Shown one piece after another: positions 14,236 to 29,424 of a DNA stretch of 64,000 nucleotides. The notes beneath the pieces are model-generated. The model had not been told where the DNA came from, made no database searches, and saw only the letters and a program-made list of their open reading frames with translations. Each line of letters starts with the position of its first letter. Positions within the stretch are counted from its first letter, which is position 1. The position numbers and the translations under genes are program-made. The stretch is from the human T2T-CHM13v2.0 reference genome, Homo sapiens, in NCBI RefSeq assembly GCF_009914755.1, contig NC_060925.1, one strand, 5' to 3'.

Positions 14236-14604
14236 TGGTAGTGATACTGCATCTAGATTCCAAATGAGCTTAATGAGCTATCATTGACTGCACTACTGAT
14301 CTTGCCCTTGCCCCATCCATCCCATCCTATATTTGAATCACACTATGTTTCTTCCTTTTCCCTCACTGTGCTTCTTCATTCCTCATTGCTTCTGACTTTT
14401 TCTTTTTCTTATATCATGGAAGTTCTGCACCCCCTATCTGATGAGCTCATCGCTTAAGAGACTTTTCAAATGTTACCTCATCTGTGAAGCCTTTCTAATC
14501 CGCATACTTCTAACAGGTTTAATTCTCCCCTATCCTCTACATTTTTTTTTCCTTCTTCCCCCACTCCTGCTTCTCCTCCCCCTCCTCGCTCTCCCCCCAA
14601 CTTT

Positions 14605-14903
14605 TGACAGGATCTTGCTCTTTACCCAGGCTGGAGTGCAATGGTGCGATTATAGCTCACTACATCCCCAAATTCCTGGCCTCAAGCAATCCTCCTGCCT
14701 CAACCTGCTGAGTAGCTAGGACTACAGGTGTGCACCACCACACCTGGCTAATTAAAATTTTTTTTTTTTTTAGAGACGAGGTCTCACTGTGTTGCCCAGG
14801 CAGTCTTGCTAACTCAGTCTCCTAACTCCCGACCTCAGGCAGTCCTCCTAACCCAGTCTCCCAAAGCATTGGAAATTACAGGCACCAGCGACCATGCCTG
14901 GCC
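14605..14903 (-). mobile_element. Alu (AluJ-like) with internal duplication
   Basis: Antisense dimer. A caggcagtc...cagtctcc segment occurs twice. Confidence 0.9.
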
Positions 14904-15279
14904 TATTTTTTTACATTTGTAATTTAGAGCCATGAAATTACTTGTTACATTGTATTACATGTTAATTTTTCTGTTGTCTCCACTTGGATAATAAGTTCCT
15001 ATTCAGTGTCACAGTTGCCTGGCACATAATAAATACTCAAAAATGCTTATTGTTAATTTTATGTATTTATGAAAATAATCAGTAAATGTTGGGAAATTTG
15101 CCTTTACTATGGTTTGCATACAAAAGAACTGTGGGAGTTATTTATCTTAAACATAATGTGAGCCAGTGGTATGATGTATTTTCTAAAAAGAACAAAGCAA
15201 AACACCCACATGAACATAGGGTACATAAAAGGAGAATGGAGAAAGGGACCATAGAGGAAACCCAGATCAGGTGCTGTGC

Positions 15280-15450
15280 TGGATGATTTTCATACACATT
15301 CCTATCATAACCCTGTCAGGTAAATGCTCATATTTCATTTTGCAGATGAGGAGACTGAGACACAAACTACTCTTAGTAACTTATCAAGGTCACATAGGAA
15401 TGGTGAATCTGAGATTGGACTTGGGTCTTATTTCAAAGCCCTGTTCAATT
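15280..15450 (-). mobile_element. MIR
   Basis: cattttgcagatgaggagactgagacac...caaggtcacatag. Confidence 0.75.
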
Positions 15451-15727
15451 CTTAATGTTACTAGGCTCCCATTCCTCTGGACTAGAAGAGTGAATTCAGA
15501 TACTGTAAGTCATTATAAGGTAGTGTCAAACCAGTGGAGGAAAGCAGAAAAGTGAAAAACCTTCTTTGTGTTGGTTATGAAGTGTGTGCCACTAGACGGT
15601 GCCCTTTCCTTGATGAAGAAATAAAATGTTGCTTGAGTCCTGTGGTCTGATCCTCTCCCATACTAGTCAAAAACAAAACATTGGCATTTTCAGATAATAT
15701 CTGGAAAATGGAGACATGACAACATTA

Positions 15728-16051
<324 letters not shown>

Positions 16052-16295
16052 GTAGGGTGTAGTGGCAAAAACAAATACAGGGCATGTATGTAATGAAATT
16101 CAGACTTGGATTCTGCCACATTCTGGCGTTGTGACTTGAGGCAACTTTTCAGCTCTGAGCCCTATTTCCCATATCTCTGGAATAGACATCATGCCATTTA
16201 CTCATAGTGTTGTGAGTACCAGATTAGTTAATACATTTTGAAAAGTACTCAAACACGGTGTTTGGAGCTTAATAGGATCTAAATGAATGGTAGTT
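16052..16295 (+). mobile_element. MIR
   Basis: gtgacttgaggcaacttttcagctctgagccctatttcccatatct...tcatagtgttgtgag...aaatgaatggtag. Confidence 0.7.
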
Positions 16296-16994
16296 TTTTT
16301 TTTGTAATTCATAATTTCTATTAATACAGATGAATCTCAGATTCTGAAGAATTCTAAAGGGCCTTAGGAATCACCAAAGAAAAATGAATTATATTAAACA
16401 AAGTTTTAATGGTAAATTTATTATACATCTTTGAAAACTATTAATCTACATGTGATTTAGAGTGACCCTCTTTTACTCCATCCAGTGAAACTAAGTATTC
16501 CATTTACCTGTTGTGCTAGGTATCAGAATTGAATGTGATTTCCTGAGAGATGCATTATCTATTCTCTTTTCTTTTAGTCTACCACAAGAGAGGTCGGTGG
16601 TGCACCATGACAGAATATTAATATTTTCAGTAATGACTTCTGTTAGTGCCCTATTTCATTGATACCATCACTTTTTTTTTTCACAATGCAATAAGGTGTT
16701 ATTTTTAGGTTAATGTATAACCTTAAGAATGTCTTCCTTTTTCCCTTGGATCTGTATCCTGTAAGAACTTTTATCAATTGTCTTGTTATTTCACAGTGAA
16801 AAGTCACTCTATTCATTGTGGCTTTTCTCGTTAATTCAGTAGCCTTTTTGTAAGCTCTTTCTCTTCTCTATGAATTTAATATTGAAAATATCCTCCCTTG
16901 GGCAAGATGTAAACATCTATTTAATCTCTGTGATTGGTACATAGATGTCATTAGTGCTCTATTTTATGAATGTTTATACTATTTCATAATTACA

Positions 16995-18480
16995 AATTAA
17001 AAATTAAATGAAAAAGAAAGTGATGGAAGAATATATTCCAGGCAAGTGCTAACCATAAGAAAGCTGGGAAACAGAATTAATATCAGACATAGAATACTAA
17101 GAAAAGAAATTAAATTGTTATGGAAAAAGAGAATACCAAAGACGCAGTATCACATAGATAACATTCTTTGACAACAATGGAAAAAATTAGAAATCCCTTG
17201 ATGAAACAGTAGCCACCCACCTCACACACATACTTCTGAATAATTCATTGGTGGAAGTAGAAATGATAATAGAAATTGTGAAATATTTAAGTCTGAACGA
17301 TAATGAGAAAACCACATGTTAAAACTGCATCTATGGAAGTCTGATTTATAATCTTAAATGAATATATTACAAGACAGATTGAGAATTAATGATCTAAACA
17401 TTAAAATTTTAAAATTAGGTAAAGAAAAGAAATAGCAAAGGAAATAGAAAGAAGAAAATAACAAAAAGAATACACTAATGAAATGGGAAATAAACAGTAG
17501 AGAGCATAAACCAACTGAACTGTGATTCTGTGAAAAAAGTAATAAAATAAACCCTGGTTAGATTGGGAGGAAAAAAACGAAGGCACAAATAAATAATATT
17601 AAGAATGAAAAAAAGAAAAGTACATAATAGTAGAGATGAAAAATTGTCAGGAAGCTACTACAAATACATTTTGCCAATAAATTTGAAAGCTTATATGAAA
17701 ATGGATAATTTCTCAAAAAAGCATAAATCAACAAAATTAGGCTGTCAAAGAACTTGACAAGGTGATTCTAAAAGTCATTTAAAATTTGGGAAAGGGGAGA
17801 GATATTTTTAAAGAATAAGGAGTTGGTGGACTTGCCACTCCAGATATTAAGTTTTTAACTGAAACTATGGTAATTAAAATGGTATGGTGGTGTTATAAGA
17901 GACAGAAATAGATTAGCGGAATGGAAGAGAAAGCTGAAAAACAGAACCATTTGGATTTGGGTCTTGGAGAAAGCTGGAAATTTGGTATATGATAGAGCGT
18001 TACAAATCAGACATTATCACTTAGTAAATGAAACTGGATCAATTGGGTGTCCATATGAAAAAAAGAAGATTACTCTTTACCCCATGTGATACACAAAAAC
18101 AAATTTCAGATGTATAAGAGGTATAAAATGAAATTTTAAACTTAGAAAAAAAGCATAGGTGATATCTTTATGATGTCAAGATAGAGCAGAAAGCATAAAC
18201 CACAATGGCAAATATTTGTGGATTTGACAACATTCAAAATTTAAAACCTTTGAACAAAAAAAGATACCACAGTCAAAGGGAAAAGACAACTCATGGATAG
18301 AAGAGAAAATACTTAAAATACATCAGTTGGCAAAGGATTAATATTCTGTGTATATATAAATAACTCCTGCATATTAATAAAGAAGACAAAAAGAAAATCC
18401 CCCCAAATGCATACAAATCTGTAAAAAAGACAAAAGAATTCTCAAAATGTAGAAAAGTTACATACTTTCAATTCATGTAA
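16995..18480 (+). mobile_element. Highly degraded L1M ORF2 fragments
   Basis: A-rich sequence with gaagaatatattccaggcaagtgctaacc, tgccaataaatttgaaag, gacaaggtgattctaaaa, caaaggattaatattc. Confidence 0.75.
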
Positions 18481-18539
18481 GGGGGAATAAGAAGGTAAAA
18501 TATTGAATGCAAAAGCAAAGCAAATTGTTTACCACTCTC

Positions 18540-18810
18540 TTACTGGCATCTAGGCCAGTGCCTAGAAATTCAATAAATACTTGTTGAATCAATGAATGAA
18601 TGATGCTAAAGTAGGTCCTCCATGCAGCGTCTTCTTTAGTGAGCAGGTTGAACTGCAAGCCATTCTGCTCCCTTCTATATTATTGATTCTGTCACTCCTC
18701 TCTAGACTGTATGTTCCTCCAGGGCATAGACATGTTTTGTATCCCTTGGCTGTTACTGTTCTTGGCCCAGAATAGGTATTTAATAAGTTTGTTGAAGTAA
18801 TTAGTGAATA
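18540..18810 (+). mobile_element. L2 3' end fragments
   Basis: tcaataaatacttgttgaatcaatgaatgaatga and ctagactgtatgttcctccagggcataga...taataagtttgttgaa. Confidence 0.7.
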
Positions 18811-19883
18811 TTGTTTACTGTCACCATGTCCTGTTAAGAACAGGCTTTGGATCAGGGTTTGCAAGACCTAGTATTCTTCTCCCTTTTAGTTGTTGGACTT
18901 TTGGCAAACTTAAAAAAAATTTTTTTTAAACCTGAGTCTCAGTTTCTTAATCTCTAAAGAAGAGTAGTGACCTGTTCTGCCTAAATCTCAGGGACCACAT
19001 TTAAATGCACTATGTGAATGTAAATAGACTTCCAATGTCATTTAAGCAGTGATGAAAAGTATGTGGTTGTAGAGTTATAATGGGAGTAGCTATGCTGTGT
19101 ATTCTTAGCACTGTCTACATTCCTTTTAGGAGCCTGTGAGCAATCTATGTCTCAGAGGAGTCATCATTCTTTTTTATTATCTTTGGAACCAGTTCACCAG
19201 CCTACTTTTCGCAAAGGGAGATTGGCCCCAAAATAGCCAGAATTTTGTTTCTCTTTTTTTACCCCAAGCCGTGAGAGCAAAACTATCTGTCTGTCTTTGG
19301 CATCAGAATGATGATTCATGTCTGAAGTATGTCTGTGTGTATAGAAAAAAAACGAAAAGAGAGAAAGTCAGGAAATTCATCCAGTGGGACAAGACTGTGT
19401 AGCTCTAGTTTCTTTTTGGTGCCTTGATAGTGTGACCCTGGAGCAACAGGCACCTTGGTGACCTCAAGTACTGATAGAACTTTAAGAAGCTGACCATCTG
19501 AAACCTTCAGAAAAAAATCATGAGAGGTCACTGAAAGATGTATATGTTTATTATGTTGGCACAATGGGGGTCATAAAAGTGGAGTTGAAAGAAAAACATT
19601 GATATTTTTGTGGGTTAGTATAACAAATAACTTTTCTTAACAACAGAACACCATTTCATATATAGATTATCAAAGGGAGTTTTGCTTTACCAGATATAAT
19701 CAAAAAAATACTCTAAACCCAGATAAAGGGAGAGGAAGGATGTCTCAGGCAGAGGGAACATGTGCAAAAAATGGTGGTAGGAGAGAAATTGGGGCAATTG
19801 GTAAACCTTAAGCTATTTAAGTGTAGAATAGAGAGGTAGGCATGGAGCAAATCACTAAGGGCCTTGTAGGCTAGGCTGTGGCG

Positions 19884-20009
19884 GAGAGTGACCACATCCC
19901 TTAAACCAGAACTGCTTGAGAATGAAAGGGGGATCTATTCATTATTGAGCCAGGACAACAGGAATAATCCAGGATTGTTCCTGGCAAACCAGGTCGTATG
20001 GTCACCTTG
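19884..20009. mobile_element. MER94-like hAT-Blackjack MITE inside an L2
   Basis: Terminal inverted repeats agagtgacca / tggtcacctt. Internal gagaatgaaaggggg...ggacaacagg...ggcaaaccagg. Confidence 0.75.
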
Positions 20010-20625
20010 TGTGAAGGTGAAGAAGAACCATTGGTGTGGTAACATATCCTCCAAGGAATGGAAGGTTAAAATAAATTATAAACTAGAGGATTGGACAGCT
20101 GAATAATCTTGACTAAAAGGGAATGAGAGAGGCTGGCCAATTGCTTGGTTAGGACATGGAATTGAAAAGGGCTGTTGTTAAAGAGTATAAAGACTTGAGT
20201 CTTGAGTATGTGTAAATGCAGTTGGGAAAAAGAGAGAGAGAGACAGAGAAGAGAAATAGAGACCAGGAAGAGAGAGACAGAAATTGAAAATTGGCAGGGA
20301 TATGGAGCATGAGTGTGGAAGGACTGGGTTTTCGATAGAAGAATGGATGCCTTTTCCATTATGATAAGTGGAAAGGAAGCATGCTGGGTTTAGATGCAAG
20401 TGAGTCTTCAGGTGGGAGGGCACATCAGGAAGGTTTAGAATTTCTACCCGATGGCTGCTTTTGTTGTTGGGAGTCCTAGCCAATGAATAAAGCAATAAAA
20501 GACATATAAGGTGTAAGGCTTGGAGTAGAAGTAATAAGACTATTATTCACAGCAACTTAATCGAGCATATGGAAAATCCAAAAGAATCTATAGATATAAC
20601 TATTAGAATTGAGAATTGAATCTAG

Positions 20626-20968
<343 letters not shown>

Positions 20969-21216
20969 AATCAGTGATATTTCTGTATACTAACAACTGG
21001 CAATCAGAACATGAATTTTTTTAAATGGAGAACATTTATAATAGCATCAAAAAGCATCAAATTTTTAGGAATAAATATTAACAAAAGATGAGTGAGACCT
21101 CTACTCAGGAAATGATAAAACATTATTGAAATTTAAAAAGACCTAAATAAATGACAGTCTATTTATTTAGACTGGCAAATCCCAGTTTATTTCTAGTCAT
21201 TTGAGTCATTATGCTG

Positions 21217-21220
<4 letters not shown>

Positions 21221-21252
<32 letters not shown>
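21221..21252. repeat. (GT)16 microsatellite
   Basis: Perfect gtgtgt run. Confidence 0.95.
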
Positions 21253-21256
<4 letters not shown>

Positions 21257-22328
21257 CGTGTGTAGCTGACTAAAAATTTATGAAGAGTCAAGAGTATCCA
21301 TTCCTGATTCCTGCCTTCTCAGCCAACATACAGAACCCAGTAGAAATGGTGATTTGCTTTCCTCTGCCCCTTTGGGGATGGCTGGCTATGACTATGTTCA
21401 AGATGTTTATTTATTAAAAAACTTTTTTTAAATTGGAGGATTTACTCCACCTGATATCCAAATGTAAAGCCTTCCAGAAGATAATGTAGGAGAATATTTT
21501 CATGGCCTTGGGACTGGGAAAGACTTCTTAAAGGAGACATAGAAAGCAGAACTATAAAATGTAAAGTCAATACACTGTCCTACATTAAAGTTAAGAATTC
21601 TTCATCAAAAGATATCATTATGTGAGTGCAAAAGCAGGCAACAGAGTAGAAGTAGATACTTGCTTAATTTATAACCATTGAAGGGCTCATACCCATGATA
21701 TAGAAAGAACTCCTACAAGTCATTAGAAAAAGATAGTCCAGTCTTGTCAATGGAGAAGAAACTTAAACTATTTCACAAAAGAGGATCTTCAAATGGTCAG
21801 AAACCATGAAAACATACTTAACCTTGTCAGTTATTAGGGAAGTGGAAGTTAAAACCATGATGAGATGTCACTACTTACCTGCCAAGAATAACTAAGGTGA
21901 AAAACTGTTAGTGAAGTTATTGGAACAGTTGAAACTGTCGTATACCACTGATGGGAGTATAGCTGACACAACCACTTTTGAGGACGATTTGATAGTATCT
22001 CCTAAACCTGATATATGCATATCCTGTGACCTAGCAAATTTACTTTCCTAGATTTGTATTTAATATAAATACATGTATAACAAAAGATATGAATAAGAAT
22101 ATTCATAGGAGCTTTATTCTAATAACGTAAAACTGAAAACAACATAAATGTCCATGCACAATGGAATTGATAATTGTGGGTCTATACAGAGGAATGATAT
22201 ATATAGCAATAAAAGTGAACAAACTACTGCTTCATGCAACAATATGGATGAATCTTACAAACATGGTGCATGAAAGAAGCCAGACACAAAGGAAAATAAG
22301 TGGTGTGAGTCCATTTGTATACAATTCA

Positions 22329-22642
<314 letters not shown>

Positions 22643-22937
22643 GTTCAAAGACAGACTAAACTAATTGTTATATTAGAACTAAGGATAGTATTTATCTTTG
22701 GAATGGAGGGTTGGGTTAATGATTAGGAAGTGTTACAAGGGGAGCTTTTCTGTTCATTGAGCTGTACACTTGTGATTTGTATATATGTTACATTTCAATG
22801 TAGTGTTATTTTCAGATGAGATAGTATATGTAAAATGCTTAGCATAATGCCTCACTCATGAAAATGAGTTCAGTTCAATAGCTGGCAGCATTAACTATTT
22901 ACTGTGGTTTAGTGCTCTGTGATGATAAGATTCACGG

Positions 22938-23459
<522 letters not shown>

Positions 23460-23784
23460 ATGTAGGGTTTTTGTCATAGGAAATGAAGGACTGAAGGAGA
23501 ATAGCAATGTAGTTCATTTGAGTAATTCAACAAATCAAGACACTGAGAGACCAGAGCATCAGATCAATTGTGCATATATACACTGAAGAATGCTCAGGAT
23601 CATGACAAGACCTGATTGGAGTAGGAGACTGTTAGCTAGGTTCGAGTCTTCAAAGAAGCCTTCGATTAGAGAGGGGAAAGTGCAAAGGTCCAGAAAGTAA
23701 TGTTTTTTTCCATATAGACTATCTAAAGTACGCAGCGAGAAATGTTTCTGCAGCAGCAACAGGTGCTCCAGAGAAATGTTTTGT

Positions 23785-24074
23785 GTATATATATATATTT
23801 TTTTAGAGTCTCGCTCTGTCACCCAGGCTGGAGTGCAGTGGTGCGATCTTGGCTCACAGCAATCTCTGCCTTGAAGTGATTCTCCTGCCTCGGCCTCCTG
23901 AGTAGCTGGGATTACAGGCATGCGCCACCATGCCTGGCTAATTTTTGTATTTTTAGTAGAGACAGGGTTTCAACATGTTGACCAGGCTGGTCTCAAACCC
24001 CTGACCTCAGGTGATCCGCCCGCCTCGGCCTCCCAAAGGGCTAGGATTACAGGTGTGAGCCGCCGCACCCGGCC
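23785..24074 (-). mobile_element. Alu (AluS-like) with (TA)n tail
   Basis: Antisense dimer with TSD ctccagagaa / ctccggagaa. Confidence 0.9.
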
Positions 24075-24389
24075 TCCGGAGAAGTTCTGTACAACAAAAC
24101 TAAAGTAGTAATGTGGTCATTGGAGATCTGTGAGAGAGAAGTTTGGTGCCGTGAGAGGAAGGAAGCCAGCTTGCAAGAGTGGATGGAAGGTTAAGGTACA
24201 GCCAATTTTCAAAAAGCTCCTCTCTGAAAGCAATGTGAGGAGATGTGGTAGCTAGAGGGAGATGTGGGATTTTGCTTTTGTTTAACAAATGGTGAGAAAT
24301 AGAGCTTGAAGAATGACCTTAAAAAGTGAAATTGCTTGGTGTTTTTAAAAATTTAAAATATTAAAATAATTATTTTAAAAATTTAAGAT

Positions 24390-24599
24390 CCTCAGTCATA
24401 CTAGTCATATTTCAAATGTTCAGTAGCCACTTGTTGCTAGTGACTATTAAACTGAACAGTACAAATACAGAACATTTTAATCACTGCAGAAAGTTCTGTT
24501 GGATAACACTGCCGTCAATCTTGTCATCACAGAGCACTAAACCACAGTGACTAGTTAATGCTGCCAGCTATTGCACTGAACTCATTTTCATGAGTGAGG
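24390..24599 (-). repeat. Right arm of 210-bp inverted duplication
   Basis: Reverse complement of 22850-23059. Confidence 0.95.
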
Positions 24600-25127
24600 T
24601 ATGTGGAAGAAATGTGGAAGCTGAATTCATATGGGGTGTCTGTGAGGTGGGGCAGAAGGAAGCTGGGTGACGATAGTGGAAATGTTGGTTGGGCCAGATT
24701 TTGAACAGCCTTGAATGACATTATGAAGTAATGCTGACTTTATCTGTTAGTTCATAGAGAGCCAAGGAAGGTTTTAAACATGTGAGTCTCTAATAAGAGT
24801 CTGTGCTTCAGAAATATTACTCCGGCAATAGCAAGGACTGTGAACTAACTGTAAAGTGTCCAGACTGAAGGCAGGCAGATTGTTACCAAACAAGAAACGA
24901 TGAAAGCCTGAATTACAGAAGTAGCAGAGAGGATGGAGACAAGTTGGTGAACTTAATAGTTGAGAGGTAGAATGAGCACAGCCTGTGGTAATGGAACAAG
25001 GGGTAGTTGTACAGACCTGGAGGTTTCTACCAGAGTTGACTAGGTGACTTGTTGAGCTTACATTTGGGTTCTTAATTAAGGAACTCAAGAGAAAGAGCAG
25101 GCATTTGAGAGTGGAGTGAGTTGCAAT

Positions 25128-25451
25128 AGCTTTGTTGAGATATAATACATATACTATGCAATTTATCAACTTGGAGTATCCAATTTATGTTTTTAGTATA
25201 TTCACAGAGTTGTTCAACCATCATCATAGTCAATTTTAGAATGTTTTCATCACCTTGTAAAGAAATCTAGTATACCCATTAGCAGCCATTCCCCATTTCA
25301 CCCCAACCCTCCCAGCACTAGACAACCACTAATCTACTGTCAGTCTATGAATTTACCTATTCTGGACATTTTTTGTAAGTAGAATCATGTAACATGTGAT
25401 CCTTAGTGACTAGCTTCTTTCACTTAGCATACTGTTTTCAAGGTTCATCCA
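25128..25451 (-). mobile_element. L1M 3' end fragment
   Basis: agctttgttgagatataat...caattttagaatgttttcatcacc...tcacttagcatactgttttcaaggttcatcca. Confidence 0.85.
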
Positions 25452-25719
25452 GAGAGAGATAACTTTTCGCCCTGTATTATAGTCACCTCTTTGCATGTTT
25501 TATCTCCTGTACTGGATATAAGTGCCTTGAAGGCAGGGCATATATTCCAGAGCTGTATATTGCATATATTTTGGTATTTAGTTATGGCTCAGGAAATATT
25601 TGATACATCACAAGTTAGAAGGTTAACTCAGTTAATCACAAATTACATTAACCAGAATGAGCTGTTTCTGCACGTGCTTACCCACTGAAGTGTGTCTGTA
25701 TTTGCTGTCGTGGAATAGC

Positions 25720-25875
25720 TAGGTTCCATGCCAATGGTGATCTGGTACTGGTTCTGCTGTTAAGGCTTTGTGTGACCTTGGGCAAGTCATTATACTCTCT
25801 GGAGACACTTTCCCTATTTGAAAATGGAGATAAAATTTCCTACCCCATCTGACACTGAGGAATAAGTAAAGTAAT
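25720..25875 (+). mobile_element. MIR
   Basis: tgtgtgaccttgggcaagtcatt...ctatttgaaaatggagataa. Confidence 0.75.
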
Positions 25876-26217
25876 TCAAGTAGGTGGAATTTGGATAGAG
25901 TTGGGGTTCATCCAGATAGCCTCTGGGGAAGAAATGAATAAATGTTTGATCCTATTCCCTAATATTCCTGGTATAGGAGTAGTCCCCCTATGTAGCCTTT
26001 TTTCATGGGATTAGGTATTTTGTCCCCTTGAGTCATTTCAACTCCCTTGTCAAGGTCTCTGGTTTTATCAAGGGCACACGGCTTCTCTTATCACCTGAGG
26101 CATTTGACCTATTCTGTGTTCTGTAGTCTTTCTCTCTGGAATACTTAAGATACTTTTTTCTTAAGGACATTGAACAATAGATTCCCTATTTTGCTTAGTT
26201 TCCTGTCTCTTATCTTA

Positions 26218-26586
<369 letters not shown>

Positions 26587-27360
26587 TTAAAAGGGTTAAA
26601 ACCTACCCAGTCCGCCTTCCCAAAACAACTTGTAAATTCAGTTCCCCATTGTGTGTGCCTGCCCACCCCCCAGTTTGGAGAGTTGTTTGTGCTCTTATTT
26701 AGAAACATATACTAAGTATGTACTTAAGTGCCATGTATCAAATAAAATAGTCCTTGATTTCTAAGATTTCATAGTGGTTCTGTAGGAAGATGCTGACATA
26801 TGAACAGATAATCACAGTATACTGTGAAAAGTGCTCTTGGAGGGCAATGTACAAGTGGTTATGGAAGCACTTGGAAGAAGGGGTTGGGACAGTGTTTTGA
26901 AGCAAATGTCACCTGGCATTTCTACACTAACAAGTATATACTATCACAGAAGCAGCCTGATGAAGAGCACCTGCCTTCTTTCAGCCTTACAACAACCTGG
27001 TGAGGTGTAGGTTTTTGACTCCCATTTTAGAGAGCATTCTGAAGTTCAGAAAGGCTCAGTGGCTGGCTCTTAAAACACAGATCCTAGATTCAGCTTCTGT
27101 GTTTGTCCCTTCCGCCTCCCAGCACATCTATGCCCTTAAGGAAGGCATAGAATGTACCTGTACATGGTACTAGAGTGTCCTGCCAGCTCCTCTCCTTTAG
27201 TTCTTTCTCCTTAAGCAAAACTAGAGTCTCAGTTTCCTCTTTTCTGTGTCTAGCCTGCTTCCAGTGTCGTTGGTGCATTGAGTATTCCAGGGCTATAGCA
27301 GTAGTGAATATTGCTGATGTCATTGTTTGCCTTATTGGGATTTTGCTCTTTGTTTCACAG

Positions 27361-27439
27361 GGAGCTGTGATTGGTATAGACGATGAGGACGACAGCACCT
27401 TCACAATAACTGTTGATCAGAAAACCTTCCATTTCCAGG
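27361..27439 (+). CDS. OSBPL9: OSBPL9 internal coding exon (third coding exon, PH domain), 79 nt, phase 0-1: [26 protein letters not shown]+G
   Basis: Acceptor ttttgctctttgtttcacag (AG 27359-27360) and donor CAGG|gtgagc (GT 27440). The peptide lies within ORF 27175..27549 and continues the ORP9 PH domain (next residues ARDADERE not found in the window). Confidence 0.95.
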
Positions 27440-29424
27440 GTGAGCTGAAAGAAGAGATTCTTTCTCTTCATAGTCCCATCTGCTTCTTTTCTTCTCTTTT
27501 GGGTTGTTTGCTGGATGACTTGAATGGTTTTGCAACTGATCCTGCATGAACGAGTGCATAGGAACATTCTGGATGAAGTGGTACTGCAGGTTAGGCAGGG
27601 ATTTGTATCTGCAATGGATGTAGATCGATTTGAAACGACTGTGGATCTGGCTGCAGTTGGAGATGAAAATTTTAAAGGATAAAAATCAGTGAAGGGAGAG
27701 AGTAATGGGCTGCTGCTGCTGCTGGCTTGTGTTTACAGAAGGTTGCTGATCTTCTTTATCAAGGAGTATGGTTCTGCTTCTGCATGAAGAGTCTAAAGAC
27801 TGATTGTGAAGGTTGCAGTGTTTGTCTGTGTAAAACTCAAAATATAAATTAAATTGAAGCTTAGTGGCAACCTTTGGCTTAAAGGTTTTGCTCTGCTTCA
27901 AGAACTACAAGTTTGCATTCATTTCATCTGTATTTCTGTGTTTTGTTTGCCAGCCATCATTTCTCTGCTATTATCCTTTTTATAGTTAAATGCCATCTGC
28001 CACTGCTATGTTTCGGCATTGCATGCTATGGTTCACCGGTAGAAAGGGTAAGGTACTGTATGATCATTCTCATTTCATTTTGCTTTGAAAACTCTAAACC
28101 AGCAAATAAAAGTCAATTTTAATGATCTTGTCCTAAGTACCTCTTGTCTATTAGGAGTGACTGTTAGTTTTAGTATTAATGGTTTTGTTATTTTGCCTTT
28201 CCAGAGTAATCTCTCTTTTATGTTTCGAGCAGTTCAAGAAACTTAGAAATGAAAAGATTTGGAGAGGTTAGCACTTTCTCTCAACTACAAGTAACAGTGC
28301 ACTGTTAGAGATGCTAGGTATGCCAAGATAAATAAATATTAAATACATTTATTGCTTAAAAATGTTTTGGTTATGAAGTCTAACAGAGGCCAGATATGTT
28401 ATATGAGGTGTTTAGGCAGCTGTTGTCTTTTTGTGCTAGGATAGTGAATTGCAGTTATTTTTCTTCATTGTCTTCTTTCAGAAATTGACAGATAGTAATG
28501 AAAGATGCAGGTTATATTCAACAAACCTAAACCAGTGTACTCAATAGTGATATCTCTAATGCTTTCTTCCACATAACCTTAAAATATTTACTGTGTTTGA
28601 TGATATAATTTATTCAGAGCTGCTTTAATAACGATGCTGTCCTGAAATTTTCTACTATATTTAACTTCATAAAACATTTTAAATCCTATTATGAAAGCCC
28701 AGAGTTTTTATTTTTAAGTTAAATATGTAATGCTGCCTATAAATCAGCAGGTAATTCCTACACTCTGGAACTCTTTACTTGAATGAAGTTGAATATTTTA
28801 ATGCATTTCAAGAAAGAGCTGCTGGGTGCAGGTAAGGCTGCAGTATGGAATTCTCTTCTCTGCAGTTACTAAGAAGGAGACACCTCCTTTGGACCCTCAG
28901 AAGCTGTACCTCTACCTTCTGATTTACTTTTAAATTATTTATGTCCCCTTTGGCACTCTCATACTTATTTGGCTTATAAAACAAGAAATATTCCTCAGGA
29001 AGGATTTAAATGATAAGAGTTATGCACATTTTAAAAATGGATTCATAGTTCTGAAACTGTCAGAATAATTAGTTTATTTTCTATTGTAGTAGTTATGGGA
29101 GTTTTAGCATGAGATCTGGATTTTGCAAAGAACTTGGTAAGACTGTATTTTTTTTTCGTTAATGAGAGCTATTTCACATTCATAGGTCCTTGATCATAAA
29201 ATCCCTGCAAATTTGATACAAAGTTATCAGTGTCTGAGAGATCTTAAATTCTTGATTAGAATTGAAAGCAAATTTTAGCTATATATGTGAACATATCTTT
29301 AAATGTGCTGAAGTTTTTATTGAATACACCAGTTTTTTTTTAAGCAAATGAAATATCAGTTGATGCATTATAAAACAAATTCTACTGTCAACTATTAAAG
29401 GGAAAGCTAGAGTTTGTTCAGATA

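Noticed and set aside
27175-27549. 124-aa ORF as a standalone gene
   Set aside because: Only 27361-27439 is bounded by splice sites and matches ORP9. The rest is intronic read-through.
27710-27724. (CTG)5 as an expansion-type repeat
   Set aside because: Too short and intronic, which is common by chance.
28829-28837. Strong-looking donor CAG|gtaagg
   Set aside because: No convincing paired acceptor or reading frame. Decoy donors are frequent in long introns.
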